In this document: piece by piece, positions 40,551 to 50,022 of the stretch | Layout: each line of letters opens with the position of its first letter | How positions within the stretch are numbered: the first letter of the stretch is position 1 | Origin: Desulfatiglandales bacterium | Lineage (GTDB): Bacteria > Desulfobacterota > DSM-4660 > Desulfatiglandales > Desulfatiglandaceae | Assembly: GCA_963666345.1 (NCBI GenBank) | Contig: OY762721.1 | Coordinates: forward strand, 1,920,001-1,984,000 | DNA: 64,000 nt | Direction: 5' to 3' | Notes under the pieces: model-generated | The model's input: the letters and a program-made list of their open reading frames with translations, nothing else | Database searches by the model: none | Told to the model about the DNA's origin: nothing | Translations under genes and position numbers: made by a program

Positions 40551-40885
40551 TTAGCCGCCCGTGCGCTTCGCTTACTTGATTAACGGGACAAAGAAGGATG
40601 AAAAGATTTTTGCTCTGCCGACACTGGCAGAGCAAAAGCTTCATTTGCTTCGCAAAAGGTAAACAGCGGTATCAGTTTCAGGAATTGGGGCCTGCAGTTG
40701 AGAAGCCTTTGATTCAATTTTGGACCTCTCGAAGCTGGTTCCCTAATAACTAATAACAGTGTCCTTGTTTTCTTTGCCGCCCGTTCGTTTCACTCACTTG
40801 ATTGACGGGACAAAAAAGGATGAAAAAATATTTGCTCTGCCGATGCTGGCAGAGCAAAAGCTCCAATTTTACTTCGCAAAAGTTA
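40551..40885. repeat. Hairpin element copies 1-2 (type A)
   Basis: 40551-40660 and 40776-40885: CCGCCCGT...CTTGA...GGATG...TTTGCTCTGCC-loop-GGCAGAGCAAAAGCT...CTTCGCAAAAG. Confidence 0.92.
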
Positions 40886-40972
40886 AAGTCGGATTTTCAT
40901 TTAAGCACTTGGGAAAAGTCAAGTACTGCTACCCCAGGGAAAGCTTCCAATGCTTGCGCAGTAAAGTACATT

Positions 40973-41356
40973 TCAAATATTATCATTGCCCCTTTCGAGA
41001 ACCAGACGGCGAATAACGGCCTTTTCGCCCTTGAAGTTTACCAGAATCCCAAGGTGCATGCCTGTGGACCGCAGGTAGTTGAGGAGCTGCGCCTGGTGCG
41101 CCTTGGTCAGTTCATCCACCGCTTTCAGTTCCAGAATGACCTGGTTTTCAACTATCAAATCGGCAAAGTATTCGCCTACGATAGTCCCTTTGTAATTAAC
41201 ACTTATAGGTACCTGGGATTCAGCTTTGAGTCCGAGGTTTTGAAGTTCGAGCAGGAGGGCATTTTCGTAGACCTTTTCAAGGAAGCCTTCACCCAGTATG
41301 CGGTGGACCTCAAAGATAGCGCCGTTGATCTTGTAGGTAAGTTCTCTTGAATCCAT
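40973..41356 (-). CDS. GxxExxY protein (PD-(D/E)XK nuclease-like fold)
   Basis: EVHRILGEGFLEKVYENAL, ADLIVENQVILELKAV, AQLLNYL...GILVNF. Confidence 0.95.
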   Translation of the reverse strand: MDSRELTYKINGAIFEVHRILGEGFLEKVYENALLLELQNLGLKAESQVPISVNYKGTIVGEYFADLIVENQVILELKAVDELTKAHQAQLLNYLRSTGMHLGILVNFKGEKAVIRRLVLERGNDNI

Positions 41357-41419
41357 TATTATGGAATGTTCAGCGGCCCGTTATTATTGATTAAAAAGTT
41401 ATAAAAGACAAAAGACTGT

Positions 41420-41500
41420 TTAGCCGCCCGTTCACTTCGTTCACTTGATTAACGGGACAAGGCAGGATGTTTTTCCTCGGGCGATGCTCCCCGAGGAAAA
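41420..41500. repeat. Hairpin element copy 3 (type B stem)
   Basis: Same 5' half as type A; stem TTTTCCTCGGG-cgatgctc-CCCGAGGAAAA. Confidence 0.9.
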
Positions 41501-41684
41501 GAGCCCAAGAGCAGGGCATCTTGGCAGATGAGCGGCTAGTAGAATAACCTTTTGGATGTTTCTTGTGCCAAATCCAGGCAGTGCCCCAGTTAAATACGCT
41601 TCGCTGTCCATGCGGAATTCTACCGGGCAGGCATGACGCGCTGTAAGAAACCAGGGGCATCTATTCTTGGTTGGCGGGGCATTG

Positions 41685-41939
41685 TTATTTATGGTAATGC
41701 TTTGTTATAGAAATTATTTCAATTTTATCTTCAGGCAGGCAAATAAAGATGGCTCTATATTTCTTATCCAAACGGAATGAATAAATATGCCGGTGTTTGG
41801 GTTCTAACAATTCAGTATTTAATGAAGGATGAGATGGATCATTCTCAAAAAGTTTTTTAGCCTTTTCCCATTTTTTATTAAGAGCATGTTTTTGAAGATA
41901 TTCCTTGATATCGTCTCTAAGTGGTAAAATGGAAGGCAT
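41685..41939 (-). CDS. RelE-superfamily toxin
   Basis: LFENDPSHPSLNTELL...YSFRLDKKYRAIF...HYH. Confidence 0.8.
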   Translation of the reverse strand: MPSILPLRDDIKEYLQKHALNKKWEKAKKLFENDPSHPSLNTELLEPKHRHIYSFRLDKKYRAIFICLPEDKIEIISITKHYHK

Positions 41940-41945
41940 TTTGAT

Positions 41946-42209
41946 TTATCGATTAATAGATGATTTTTTTAAACCTTCTTCCAGATCTTTTAAGAAACCT
42001 TCTTCATACAAATCTGTTGCCGCAAACTCAGATATAATCGATTCAACTTTATCATTTTTAAAAGACTTTAATTCAATTGGTTTTCTCTCAAGTCTCCTTA
42101 GCAGCTTTTTTCGCTCTTCATCTGTGAGATTGTCGACGATTTCATAGAGTGTATCCATAGGTATTTCTATTTTCTTTGTTATTGTTTCTTTAAGAGTAAT
42201 TTGAGGCAT
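41946..42209 (-). CDS. Putative antitoxin
   Basis: 87 aa ORF with GGAGG RBS directly upstream of the toxin. Confidence 0.75.
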   Translation of the reverse strand: MPQITLKETITKKIEIPMDTLYEIVDNLTDEERKKLLRRLERKPIELKSFKNDKVESIISEFAATDLYEEGFLKDLEEGLKKSSINR

Positions 42210-42430
42210 ATTGCACCTCCCTAAAATGGGGATTTTAAAAAGACAATACCTTAGAGATTATCATTTATTAATCTAAGTGTCAAAATCCCAAGGAAAAATA
42301 TCGTAACTCTCTTTAATAATTTGTAGTAGCTAAGATATGATCTGACACATACCCTTTCTCGCCTGTCACGCTTTTTTCGTGTTTCCCGTTTCATTATAAC
42401 CAATAACCGATAACCTTGCTCTTGTTTCTT

Positions 42431-42765
42431 TGCCGCCCGTTCGAATTGCTCGCTTGACAAATCAGGATAAAAACGGATGTTTTTTTACTCTGCCGATGCT
42501 GGCAGAGTAAAAGCTCCAATTTTGCTTCGCAAAAGGTGAATGTGGCTTTTGTTTTCAGAAGTTGAGATCTGAAGATCAAGTGCCTTCTATTCCTCACAGG
42601 CACTGCAGAGAACAAGGACGAAAAACATGTGATTTCTCTGACAGTCTTTCCCTTGGAACCTTGCCCCCTGGGACCCTTGAACCCTGCTTTTTTAACCGCC
42701 CGCTTCGCTTGACAAAGAAGGATAAAGACAGGATGTTTTTTTGCTCTGCCGATGCCGGCAGAGCA
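42431..42765. repeat. Hairpin element copies 4-5 (type A)
   Basis: 42431-42537 complete; 42694-42765 ends right after the stem. Confidence 0.92.
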
Positions 42766-42843
42766 CACGGCCATCTCTGCGCAGCATAGACGCCTGGGGA
42801 AAGAATCCTATATGATATAGGGTCAAATTTGCTCCTGAACCAT

Positions 42844-43245
42844 CTAAAGATCATGCTCCGATAGTTGTACCAATCCCGGGATAAACTTGAAATGTTTGTC
42901 CTTTGAATAAATTTTGTATCCGTGCTGAAAAGCAACTGAAGCAATCCATATATCGTTTGTGGGAATAGGGGTTCCAGCTTCCCTCAAATTATGCAATATT
43001 GAAGCATAAAAATCAGCACTAACCTCATCAATGAAGTGAACGACTACTCTTGGAGAATCAAGAAAAACATTAAGCTCTTCCCTGTTTTTGGTTTCATGGC
43101 GACCGCCTTTAAAACCTGAAAAAAGCTCCCCGATGCTAATGACGGAAAAACCTATCAGATCAATTTTTCTCAACGTATCGACAACATTCACTTCACCCTT
43201 CATGGCGAGTGAGTATATATTCGTGTCGATCAGAACTTTTTTCAT
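42844..43245 (-). CDS. vapC: VapC family PIN-domain toxin
   Basis: LIDTNIY, IGEL, PIPTNDIWIA, SKDKHF. Confidence 0.93.
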   Translation of the reverse strand: MKKVLIDTNIYSLAMKGEVNVVDTLRKIDLIGFSVISIGELFSGFKGGRHETKNREELNVFLDSPRVVVHFIDEVSADFYASILHNLREAGTPIPTNDIWIASVAFQHGYKIYSKDKHFKFIPGLVQLSEHDL

Positions 43246-43502
43246 TTCCAGAGCTCCTGGTCAACTCGCCGCTCTTGGCTAATCTTCGCATGGATTTTTT
43301 CAAATTCATCATTGCTCCAACTTCCAAATAATTCATCTAGGTCATTATATTCACGCGTATATCTCTTTTCCTTTTTGAGTCCAAGGCCTTCTTTGATTAT
43401 TTCAAGGGTCAGCTGATTAACACTCTTACCTTTTTCAGCAGCAGTCTGCTTGAGCTTCTCAGCAACCTCGGCCTCAATGCCTCTAATGGTGACCGCCTTC
43501 AT
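43242..43502 (-). CDS. FitA-like RHH antitoxin
   Basis: AVTIRGIE..VAEKLK..A..GKSVNQ; 4-nt overlap with vapC; palindrome ATGATTGCA-ttt-TGTAATCAT at 43531-43551 upstream. Confidence 0.88.
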   Translation of the reverse strand: MKAVTIRGIEAEVAEKLKQTAAEKGKSVNQLTLEIIKEGLGLKKEKRYTREYNDLDELFGSWSNDEFEKIHAKISQERRVDQELWK

Positions 43503-43671
43503 AAGGGCCTCCTGATATTTCCATCAGTTTATGATTGCATTTTGTAATCATTTTATGACATCACATGGTTTTTGTCAAGTACTTCGGGAAACTCGAGGGG
43601 TTGATAAAAACATGAAAAGAATCTTTAACCGCCCAGTTGGTTTTGGAACCAACAAAGACCAAAAACATTGT

Positions 43672-43780
43672 TTAACCGCCCGTTCACTGCGTTCGCTTGA
43701 CAATACAGGATAAAGACAAGATGTTTTTTTGCTCTGCCGATGCTGGCAGAGCAAACGCTCCATTTTGCTACGCAAAAGGT
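43672..43780. repeat. Hairpin element copy 6 (type A)
   Basis: Full-length match to the consensus. Confidence 0.92.
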
Positions 43781-43894
43781 GAAGGTTGGTTTTCATTTAA
43801 CCACCAATTATTTTATTGGCTGTAGGGACAATAAAATAATAAAGATCTTCCGTGCCCTTAAATTTTTAGATAGTGAGGGAGTGCCTCTGGGCAA

Positions 43895-44191
43895 TTATTT
43901 CTTTTTGAGTTCCCTTAGCTGTTCACCGAATAGTTGGTAAATATCTTTGCGATGGCCTACATAGTGAATCTGTAAGACCTTCTCGTCTTCCAGTATTTTG
44001 TAAATGATTCTATATCGTTTTGCACGCAGGGAAAGATAGCCGGAAAGTTCTTTTTCAAGGAATTTGCCTGAATAGGGCTTTTCCTGCATCTGTTCTATTT
44101 TAGACTTTATAACCGGTTTTAAGTGGGGATGTAGTTTTTTGATCTGATTACGAGAGGTTTCAGAGTAAAGCAACCTGAACTTCCGGGCCAT
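43895..44191 (-). CDS. RelE/ParE family toxin
   Basis: KPYSGKFLEKELSGYLSLRAKRYRIIY...VGHRKDIY. Confidence 0.9.
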   Translation of the reverse strand: MARKFRLLYSETSRNQIKKLHPHLKPVIKSKIEQMQEKPYSGKFLEKELSGYLSLRAKRYRIIYKILEDEKVLQIHYVGHRKDIYQLFGEQLRELKKK

Positions 44192-44460
44192 TACTCCGCC
44201 CATACATCTTTATGCGTGTAGGCTTTACCGGCCTTGAAATCTTTCTCGGATGCATCCAGGGCCTTAAGAATGCCCGAATCGGAAAGGATCTCGATTGTCT
44301 CTAGTAGCCCGACGTAACGGTCCGGTGTTAACATAACACCAACGGCTACCCCGTTTTTCGTCACCGTAATAGTAGAGTCCTCATCCGTCATATCCTTGAT
44401 GATATCAAGAAAATTCTTTTTTACAGTTGTTACCGGTATAATTTTTTGAATATCATCCAT
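44191..44460 (-). CDS. Phd/YefM family antitoxin
   Basis: IPVTTVKKNF...ITVTKNGVAVGVM...LLETIEILSD. Confidence 0.9.
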   Translation of the reverse strand: MDDIQKIIPVTTVKKNFLDIIKDMTDEDSTITVTKNGVAVGVMLTPDRYVGLLETIEILSDSGILKALDASEKDFKAGKAYTHKDVWAE

Positions 44461-44604
44461 TTAGAAATTTCCCCTATGAATTATAATGACCATAATAATT
44501 TCAAGTTCTTATAAAGTCAATATGGAAGGGCATTGAGAATATTAGGAAATCAGGTCTAATTTTTGGTTCGATCGGATATCAGAAAACAGAAGAACAAATT
44601 TTAA

Positions 44605-44872
44605 TTAACCGCCCGTTTCGCTTGACAACACAGGATAAGGACAGGATGTTTTTTTACTCTGCCGACCCTGGCAGAGCAAAAGCTCCATTTGCTTCGCAAA
44701 GGTTGAGGTTGGGTTTTCATTTAAGCGCCAGGGGAAATTCAATCATCAATTACTTCATCAGCTGCTGAAGCAACAAAAAGAAAAGAAGAATTGTTGTTTA
44801 ACCGCCCGTTCGCGTTGCTCACTTGATTAACGGGACGGGGCAGGATGTTTTTCCTCGGGCGATGTTCCCCCG
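44605..44872. repeat. Hairpin element copies 7 (A) and 8 (B, truncated)
   Basis: 44605-44703 and 44798-44872. Confidence 0.9.
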
Positions 44873-45000
44873 GTCTCCACTTATGCATGGCACTAAAAAT
44901 GGGTAATTTACAGTTCTTACATTGGCAGGGAATACAATTATTTCATGGAAAAGGTTTTATTATGGTGCAATTTGCCTCGGGCGCCAAATTCTTCAGTCAC

Positions 45001-46482
45001 CTAATCACCCAGTAGCAGGAGTAGGATGGACGACAGGACGCCGTTATTCAAAGCCACTCTTTTGACACCCATGCCAATGCACTGTGAGCCCCACTTTTCA
45101 CTGTCATTAAATTCGCTGTTCACAAAAATAAATGTTTGGCCATCTTCACTCAGAATCCCTGCACCGCTTTCTTCATCTGGAGTGCCCGGATCAAATGTGA
45201 TGGTGATAGTGCCGTCGGATGAAATCGAATAAATGCCGCTCTCAGTGCCACTACCGGAAGTAAATGTTGTTGAAAATGTGTTGTTGCCTTCAAGATCGTC
45301 CCCAATCTGCCTGTTCAATTCATCCTCTTTCGTACAGCTGCCGGTAAAAGTCCCGTCTGACATAAAAGTGAACGTCTCTTTCATGATCAAAACCTTGTCA
45401 TTGACACCCCATGAACCCACAGCACCACCATGAAATGCGCTCTCAAATTCATGAATTTCATATACCGTGTCATCGGGAAAATACTGCGAGAAACCACTCC
45501 CCTTTTTGACACCCATGCCAATGCACTGTGAGCCCCACTTTTCACTGTCATTAAATTCGCTGTTCACAAAAATAAATGTTTGGCCATCTTCACTCAGAAT
45601 CCCTGCACCGCTTTCTTCATCTGGAGTGCCCGGATCAAATGTGATGGTGATAGTGCCGTCGGATGAAATCGAATAAATGCCGCTCTCAGTGCCACTACCG
45701 GAAGTAAATGTTGTTGAAAATGTGTTGTTGCCTTCAAGATCGTCCCCAATCTGCCTGTTCAATTCATCCTCTTTCGTACAGCTGCCGGTAAAAGTCCCGT
45801 CTGACATAAAAGTGAACGTCTCTTTCATGATCAAAACCTTGTCATTGACACCCCATGAACCCACAGCACCACCATGAAATGCGCTCTCAAATTCATGAAT
45901 TTCATATACCGTGTCATCGGGAAAATACTGCGAGAAACCACTCCCCTTTTTGACACCCATACCAATGCACAGTGAGCCCCACTTTTCACTGTCACTAAAT
46001 TCGCTGTTCACAAAAATAAATGTTTGGCCATCTTCACTCAGAATCCCTGCACCGCTTTCTTCATCTGGAGTGCCCGGATCAAATGTGATGGTGATAGTGC
46101 CGTCGGATGAAATCGAATAAATGCCGCTCTCAGTGCCACTACCGGAAGTAAATGTTGTTGAAAATGTGTTGTTGCCTTCAGAATCATCCCCAATCTGCCT
46201 ATTCAATTCATCCTCTTTCGTACAGCTGCCGGTAAAAGTCCCGTCTGACATAAAAGTGAACGTCTCTTTCATGATCAAAACCTGGTCATTGGCACCCCAT
46301 GCACCCTCAGCACCCCCATGAAATCCGCTCTCAAATTCATGAATTTCATATACCGTGTCGTCGGGAAAATACCTGCTGAATGCCAATGAGTATGAGGCTG
46401 GAATTTCAAATCCAATAATAAGCAGCAACGCAAAGCTCAGTATAAAAAGTCTTTTCAATAGAAAGTTTTTAGTATTATCCAA
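45001..46482 (-). CDS. Secreted acidic protein of three ~148-aa tandem repeats with a hydrophobic C-terminal tail
   Basis: Signal peptide; 444-bp DNA period (45233/45677/46121); ends VLSSILLLLLGD. Confidence 0.88.
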   Translation of the reverse strand: MDNTKNFLLKRLFILSFALLLIIGFEIPASYSLAFSRYFPDDTVYEIHEFESGFHGGAEGAWGANDQVLIMKETFTFMSDGTFTGSCTKEDELNRQIGDDSEGNNTFSTTFTSGSGTESGIYSISSDGTITITFDPGTPDEESGAGILSEDGQTFIFVNSEFSDSEKWGSLCIGMGVKKGSGFSQYFPDDTVYEIHEFESAFHGGAVGSWGVNDKVLIMKETFTFMSDGTFTGSCTKEDELNRQIGDDLEGNNTFSTTFTSGSGTESGIYSISSDGTITITFDPGTPDEESGAGILSEDGQTFIFVNSEFNDSEKWGSQCIGMGVKKGSGFSQYFPDDTVYEIHEFESAFHGGAVGSWGVNDKVLIMKETFTFMSDGTFTGSCTKEDELNRQIGDDLEGNNTFSTTFTSGSGTESGIYSISSDGTITITFDPGTPDEESGAGILSEDGQTFIFVNSEFNDSEKWGSQCIGMGVKRVALNNGVLSSILLLLLGD

Positions 46483-46662
46483 CCTTAGCTCCTTTCTTTC
46501 ATATTGTATTTAATCCAACAGAATAATCACAATCCATTTTTTTTATAACTGATAGGTCAAATAAATTATTGAGGAACATTATGAAATAATTTTATCCAAT
46601 ATTTAATCATAGCAAGAAATTCGATATTAGAACTTAGCTTTTCAATTTTCATATTTTTTAGA

Positions 46663-47652
46663 TCAAGTATTATAACCTTCCGGATGTTTTTTGTGCCATC
46701 CCCAGGCGGTTTCAATAATAGTCTCAAGGTCTGCAAACCGGGGCTTCCACCCCAGCTCCTTAATTGCTTTATCTCCCGAACCAATAAGCGTAGCAGGGTC
46801 CCCTGGTCTTCGGCTTACGACTTTTGACGGAATCATTTCACCCGTAACATTTTGGCTTACATCGATTATTTCCTTAACCGTGTAACCAACACCATTCCCC
46901 AAGTTGTACTTTCCTCCGGAAAGCCCATTTAAAAGCCCTTCCAATGCAAGCAGATGTGCTGAGGCCAGGTCATATATATGGATGTAGTCGCGGACGCATG
47001 TGCCGTCTCTTGTGGGGTAGTCATCGCCGAAAACATTGACCTGCTTACGTTGCCCCAAGGCCGTTTTGAGGACCAATGGAATAATATGAGTCTCGGGGTC
47101 GTGATCTTCTCCTATTTCACCGTCAGGGTCTGCTCCTGCTGCATTAAAATAGCGCAGAGAAATGTAATTTAATCCGTAGGCTTCTGAAAAATCTTTCAAA
47201 ACAGCCTCTACCATGAGCTTGCTTCGTCCATAAGGGTTAACAGGCACGCACTGGTGGGTTTCAAAGATTGGGTTATCTAACGGCTCACCATATACCGCTG
47301 CCGTAGATGAAAAAATGAAATTCTTCACACCATGATCAATCATGCCTTTAAGAAGTGTGACTGTAGAGCCCACATTATTTCTATAGTACAGAACCGGATC
47401 TGTGACTGATTCTCCAACATTGATATAGGCAGCGAAGTGCATAACAGCACTGATGCGGTTATCGGTAAATAATTGAGAAAGGAGTTCTTTGTCATCCATA
47501 TTCCCCTTAACCAAGCTGCCCCATTTCACGGCCTGAGCGTGACCCCGGCTTAGATCGTCAAGCACAATAGGCAAATAGCCGCTTTCTGACAGCTTCTTGC
47601 ACATGTGAGAGCCGATATAGCCGGCCCCGCCTACAACCAGGATTTTTTTCAT
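46663..47652 (-). CDS. galE: UDP-glucose 4-epimerase
   Basis: GGAGYIGSH, HFAA...VGES, NPYGRSK, LRYFNAAGAD, DGTCVRDYIH. Confidence 0.96.
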   Translation of the reverse strand: MKKILVVGGAGYIGSHMCKKLSESGYLPIVLDDLSRGHAQAVKWGSLVKGNMDDKELLSQLFTDNRISAVMHFAAYINVGESVTDPVLYYRNNVGSTVTLLKGMIDHGVKNFIFSSTAAVYGEPLDNPIFETHQCVPVNPYGRSKLMVEAVLKDFSEAYGLNYISLRYFNAAGADPDGEIGEDHDPETHIIPLVLKTALGQRKQVNVFGDDYPTRDGTCVRDYIHIYDLASAHLLALEGLLNGLSGGKYNLGNGVGYTVKEIIDVSQNVTGEMIPSKVVSRRPGDPATLIGSGDKAIKELGWKPRFADLETIIETAWGWHKKHPEGYNT

Positions 47653-47748
47653 ACCTTATAATTCGTTTTTTAATTAAGCATCCTAGACAGCAACTTCACC
47701 ATCTCGATTTCCAAACAAGTCTATAAATTAAAGATCATATGTAGGAAT

Positions 47749-48969
47749 TCAGCTGCGCCTCCAGAATTTGACTCCCTTTACCAGTTCATTATATCTGTCA
47801 GGGTCCTGCGTTTTTACCTTGAAGACGAATTCTTTTATAAAGGCAAGAAATATGGCTGTGAAAAACCCCACTACAGTGGAAAGGATCACTATCATCTTTT
47901 TTTTAGGAGCAGACCTTGTGTCAGGAGGAACTGCTTTATCAAGCACCTGGATTGTGTTCATATCCTTGGCCTCTTCGATTTTGGCCATCTCGTATTGACT
48001 GGTAAGGAGTTCGAATACCTGCTCCTGGATCTTTGCCTCACGCATCAGCCTTGCCAGCCTCATGCCGAGGTCAGGAAGCTCCTTAAAGGGGATATAGAAG
48101 TTGTCGGCATTTTTTTCAGGGTTTCCTGATTCTATCTTTGCAAGTTGTTTCCGGAGCTCCTCTATCTTTGATTTGAGCATTATAGCTTCATTCTGTTTTT
48201 CAGTACCGAACTTCTTTAAGACTTCAAACTCGGTCTGAGCGGCGATGATCTCTCCCTTTAATGTGGCTGCACCTTCAATGGAGGCCTTTGCCTGCTCATT
48301 AATGGATACAAGATTGTATTTCTCCTGAAACGCCTGGAGACCGGTTTCTGCATTTATTAAATCCTTTTTGGCCTTTTCAAGCCTTTCTTCAAGAAACACC
48401 CTCTTACGCTGGCCTTCAGTAACAAGCACGGTCCTGTTTATCTGATCCAGAGCCTCAACATAGATATTGGCCATGGCTGCAGCCCTTTTCGGGTCCTCTT
48501 CCTCTACTGACACACTTATGATCCCTGTGTCCTTTGAAACATTTATTTTAGTGATTTCTGAAAGCTTATTGTAGACAGGGGAAATGTATTCCGCTTCCCA
48601 CAGTTTTTTGAGATCGAATTTATTGATCAGGACATCGGCCACTGAGCGGCTTTTCATGATCCCGACATAAACATCCGAGCTTGACTGTCCCCCCCCCAAC
48701 AGCCCTGATGCAAGCCCTCCGAAGGCACCTCCCGCCTGAGAAAGGAAAGAGGAAATTCCAGATTTTTGCTGTTGTGGCGGAAGGATTCGAGCAGTTGCAG
48801 TAAATTTCTCAGGCAGATAGAGGCTGTAGCAGACAGAGAAGACTATCGCGATCAAGGTAATCCAGAAGATGAGCCATTTCCTTTTCAGGAGGACGAGTAA
48901 AAGGTCAAGGAGGTTTATTTCGTCTTCCATGCACTCAGGCGGGATGTTATTTGGATCTGTGGGGTTCAT
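47749..48969 (-). CDS. Wzz/GumC-like chain-length determinant (no kinase domain)
   Basis: EDEINLLDL, two TM helices, coiled coil, IQVLDKAVPP..RSAPK. Confidence 0.9.
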   Translation of the reverse strand: MNPTDPNNIPPECMEDEINLLDLLLVLLKRKWLIFWITLIAIVFSVCYSLYLPEKFTATARILPPQQQKSGISSFLSQAGGAFGGLASGLLGGGQSSSDVYVGIMKSRSVADVLINKFDLKKLWEAEYISPVYNKLSEITKINVSKDTGIISVSVEEEDPKRAAAMANIYVEALDQINRTVLVTEGQRKRVFLEERLEKAKKDLINAETGLQAFQEKYNLVSINEQAKASIEGAATLKGEIIAAQTEFEVLKKFGTEKQNEAIMLKSKIEELRKQLAKIESGNPEKNADNFYIPFKELPDLGMRLARLMREAKIQEQVFELLTSQYEMAKIEEAKDMNTIQVLDKAVPPDTRSAPKKKMIVILSTVVGFFTAIFLAFIKEFVFKVKTQDPDRYNELVKGVKFWRRS

Positions 48970-49047
48970 AACCGGACCTCATGATTGGATTTTTTGTTTT
49001 ATTTTTAAACGCCTGTGAGCATTGAGAGAAGAAGAATTCTTGTTTTT

Positions 49048-49678
49048 TTAACCGCCCGTTCACTGCGTTTACTTGATTAAAGGGACAAAAGCAGGATGTT
49101 TTTTTACTCTGCCGATGTTGGCAGAGCAAAAGCTTCATTTGCTTCGCAAAAGGTGAGCAGTAGTTTCAATTTCAGTAGTTGAGGTCTAAAGTCCAAATGC
49201 CTTTTGTTTCTCACAGAGACCACAGAGGGCACAGAGAAAAAACATGCTGTTTCTTCGACAGCGGTTCACTTGGCCCCTTGAAACTGGGAACCCGCTGCGA
49301 AGCTGTGGGACTGAGCGGAGCGTAAGCGGAGCAAAGAATCCTCGACCCCTGGAAACCTTGGACCCTGATTTCTTAACCGCCCGTTCACTGCGTTCACTTG
49401 ATTAGCTGGACAGGGCAGGATGGTTTTCCTCGGGCGATGCTCCCCTGGGGAAAGCTTTCAATGCTTGAGCATTATTTTATAGCGGTGTACATAAAACTTC
49501 TTCTGTAACGTTGATCAAACGATGGCAAAGCTTGAGGCGATGTGTTGATTAAACCGATAAAAGACAAAAGAGTGTTTGACCGCCCGCTTCGCTTGACAAA
49601 ACAGGATGGAAACGGATGTGACCTCTTTTTGCTCTGCCGATGCTGGCAGAGCAAAAGCTCCAATTCCTGCGTAAAGGT
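49048..49678. repeat. Hairpin element copies 9 (A), 10 (B), 11 (A)
   Basis: 49048-49154, 49373-49455, 49576-49678. Confidence 0.92.
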
Positions 49679-49716
49679 GTAAGGTCAACTTTCTTTTCGA
49701 GTCTTACTGGAACGGG

Positions 49717-50022
49717 TTAGGTTTTTTGATTTTTTGAAAGAATGCGGAATGTTTCTTCATATATGATTCTTCTAGGGCCTATGGCGACAATTTCTATCTG
49801 CCGCCTTTTTGGGCGGATACGGTATATGATTCGATATCTTTTAACGCGATAACTTCTCAGACCTTTAAGCTCATCCTTGAGGGCCTTTCCACCGTATGGA
49901 TTCCCGATTATGTTTTTCAAACCGGATCGGATGTGCAATTTGATCATTGGATGAAGCTTCTTTAAAACAGAAGCAATATCGTCCGGGACCCTCGGGACAA
50001 ATTTACCTTCGTCCGTGATCAT
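49717..50022 (-). CDS. RelE/ParE family toxin
   Basis: NPYGGKALKDELKGLRSYRVKRYRIIY...IGPRRIIY. Confidence 0.88.
   Translation of the reverse strand: MITDEGKFVPRVPDDIASVLKKLHPMIKLHIRSGLKNIIGNPYGGKALKDELKGLRSYRVKRYRIIYRIRPKRRQIEIVAIGPRRIIYEETFRILSKNQKT

Noticed and set aside
40608..40637. Element hairpins as intrinsic terminators
   Set aside because: The T-run is 5' of the stem and the A-run 3' on both strands, and long conserved flanks are not expected of terminators.
45001..46482. Diversity-generating retroelement template/variable repeats
   Set aside because: The repeats are in-frame tandem domains, differences are not adenine-specific, and no reverse transcriptase is present.
42394..49663. 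Short ORFs sharing LLCQHRQSKK or LCRCWQSK (e.g. 42394-42774, 43575-43796, 48947-49138, 49472-49663)
   Set aside because: These are translations of the DNA repeat. Starts, stops and frames are not conserved between copies.
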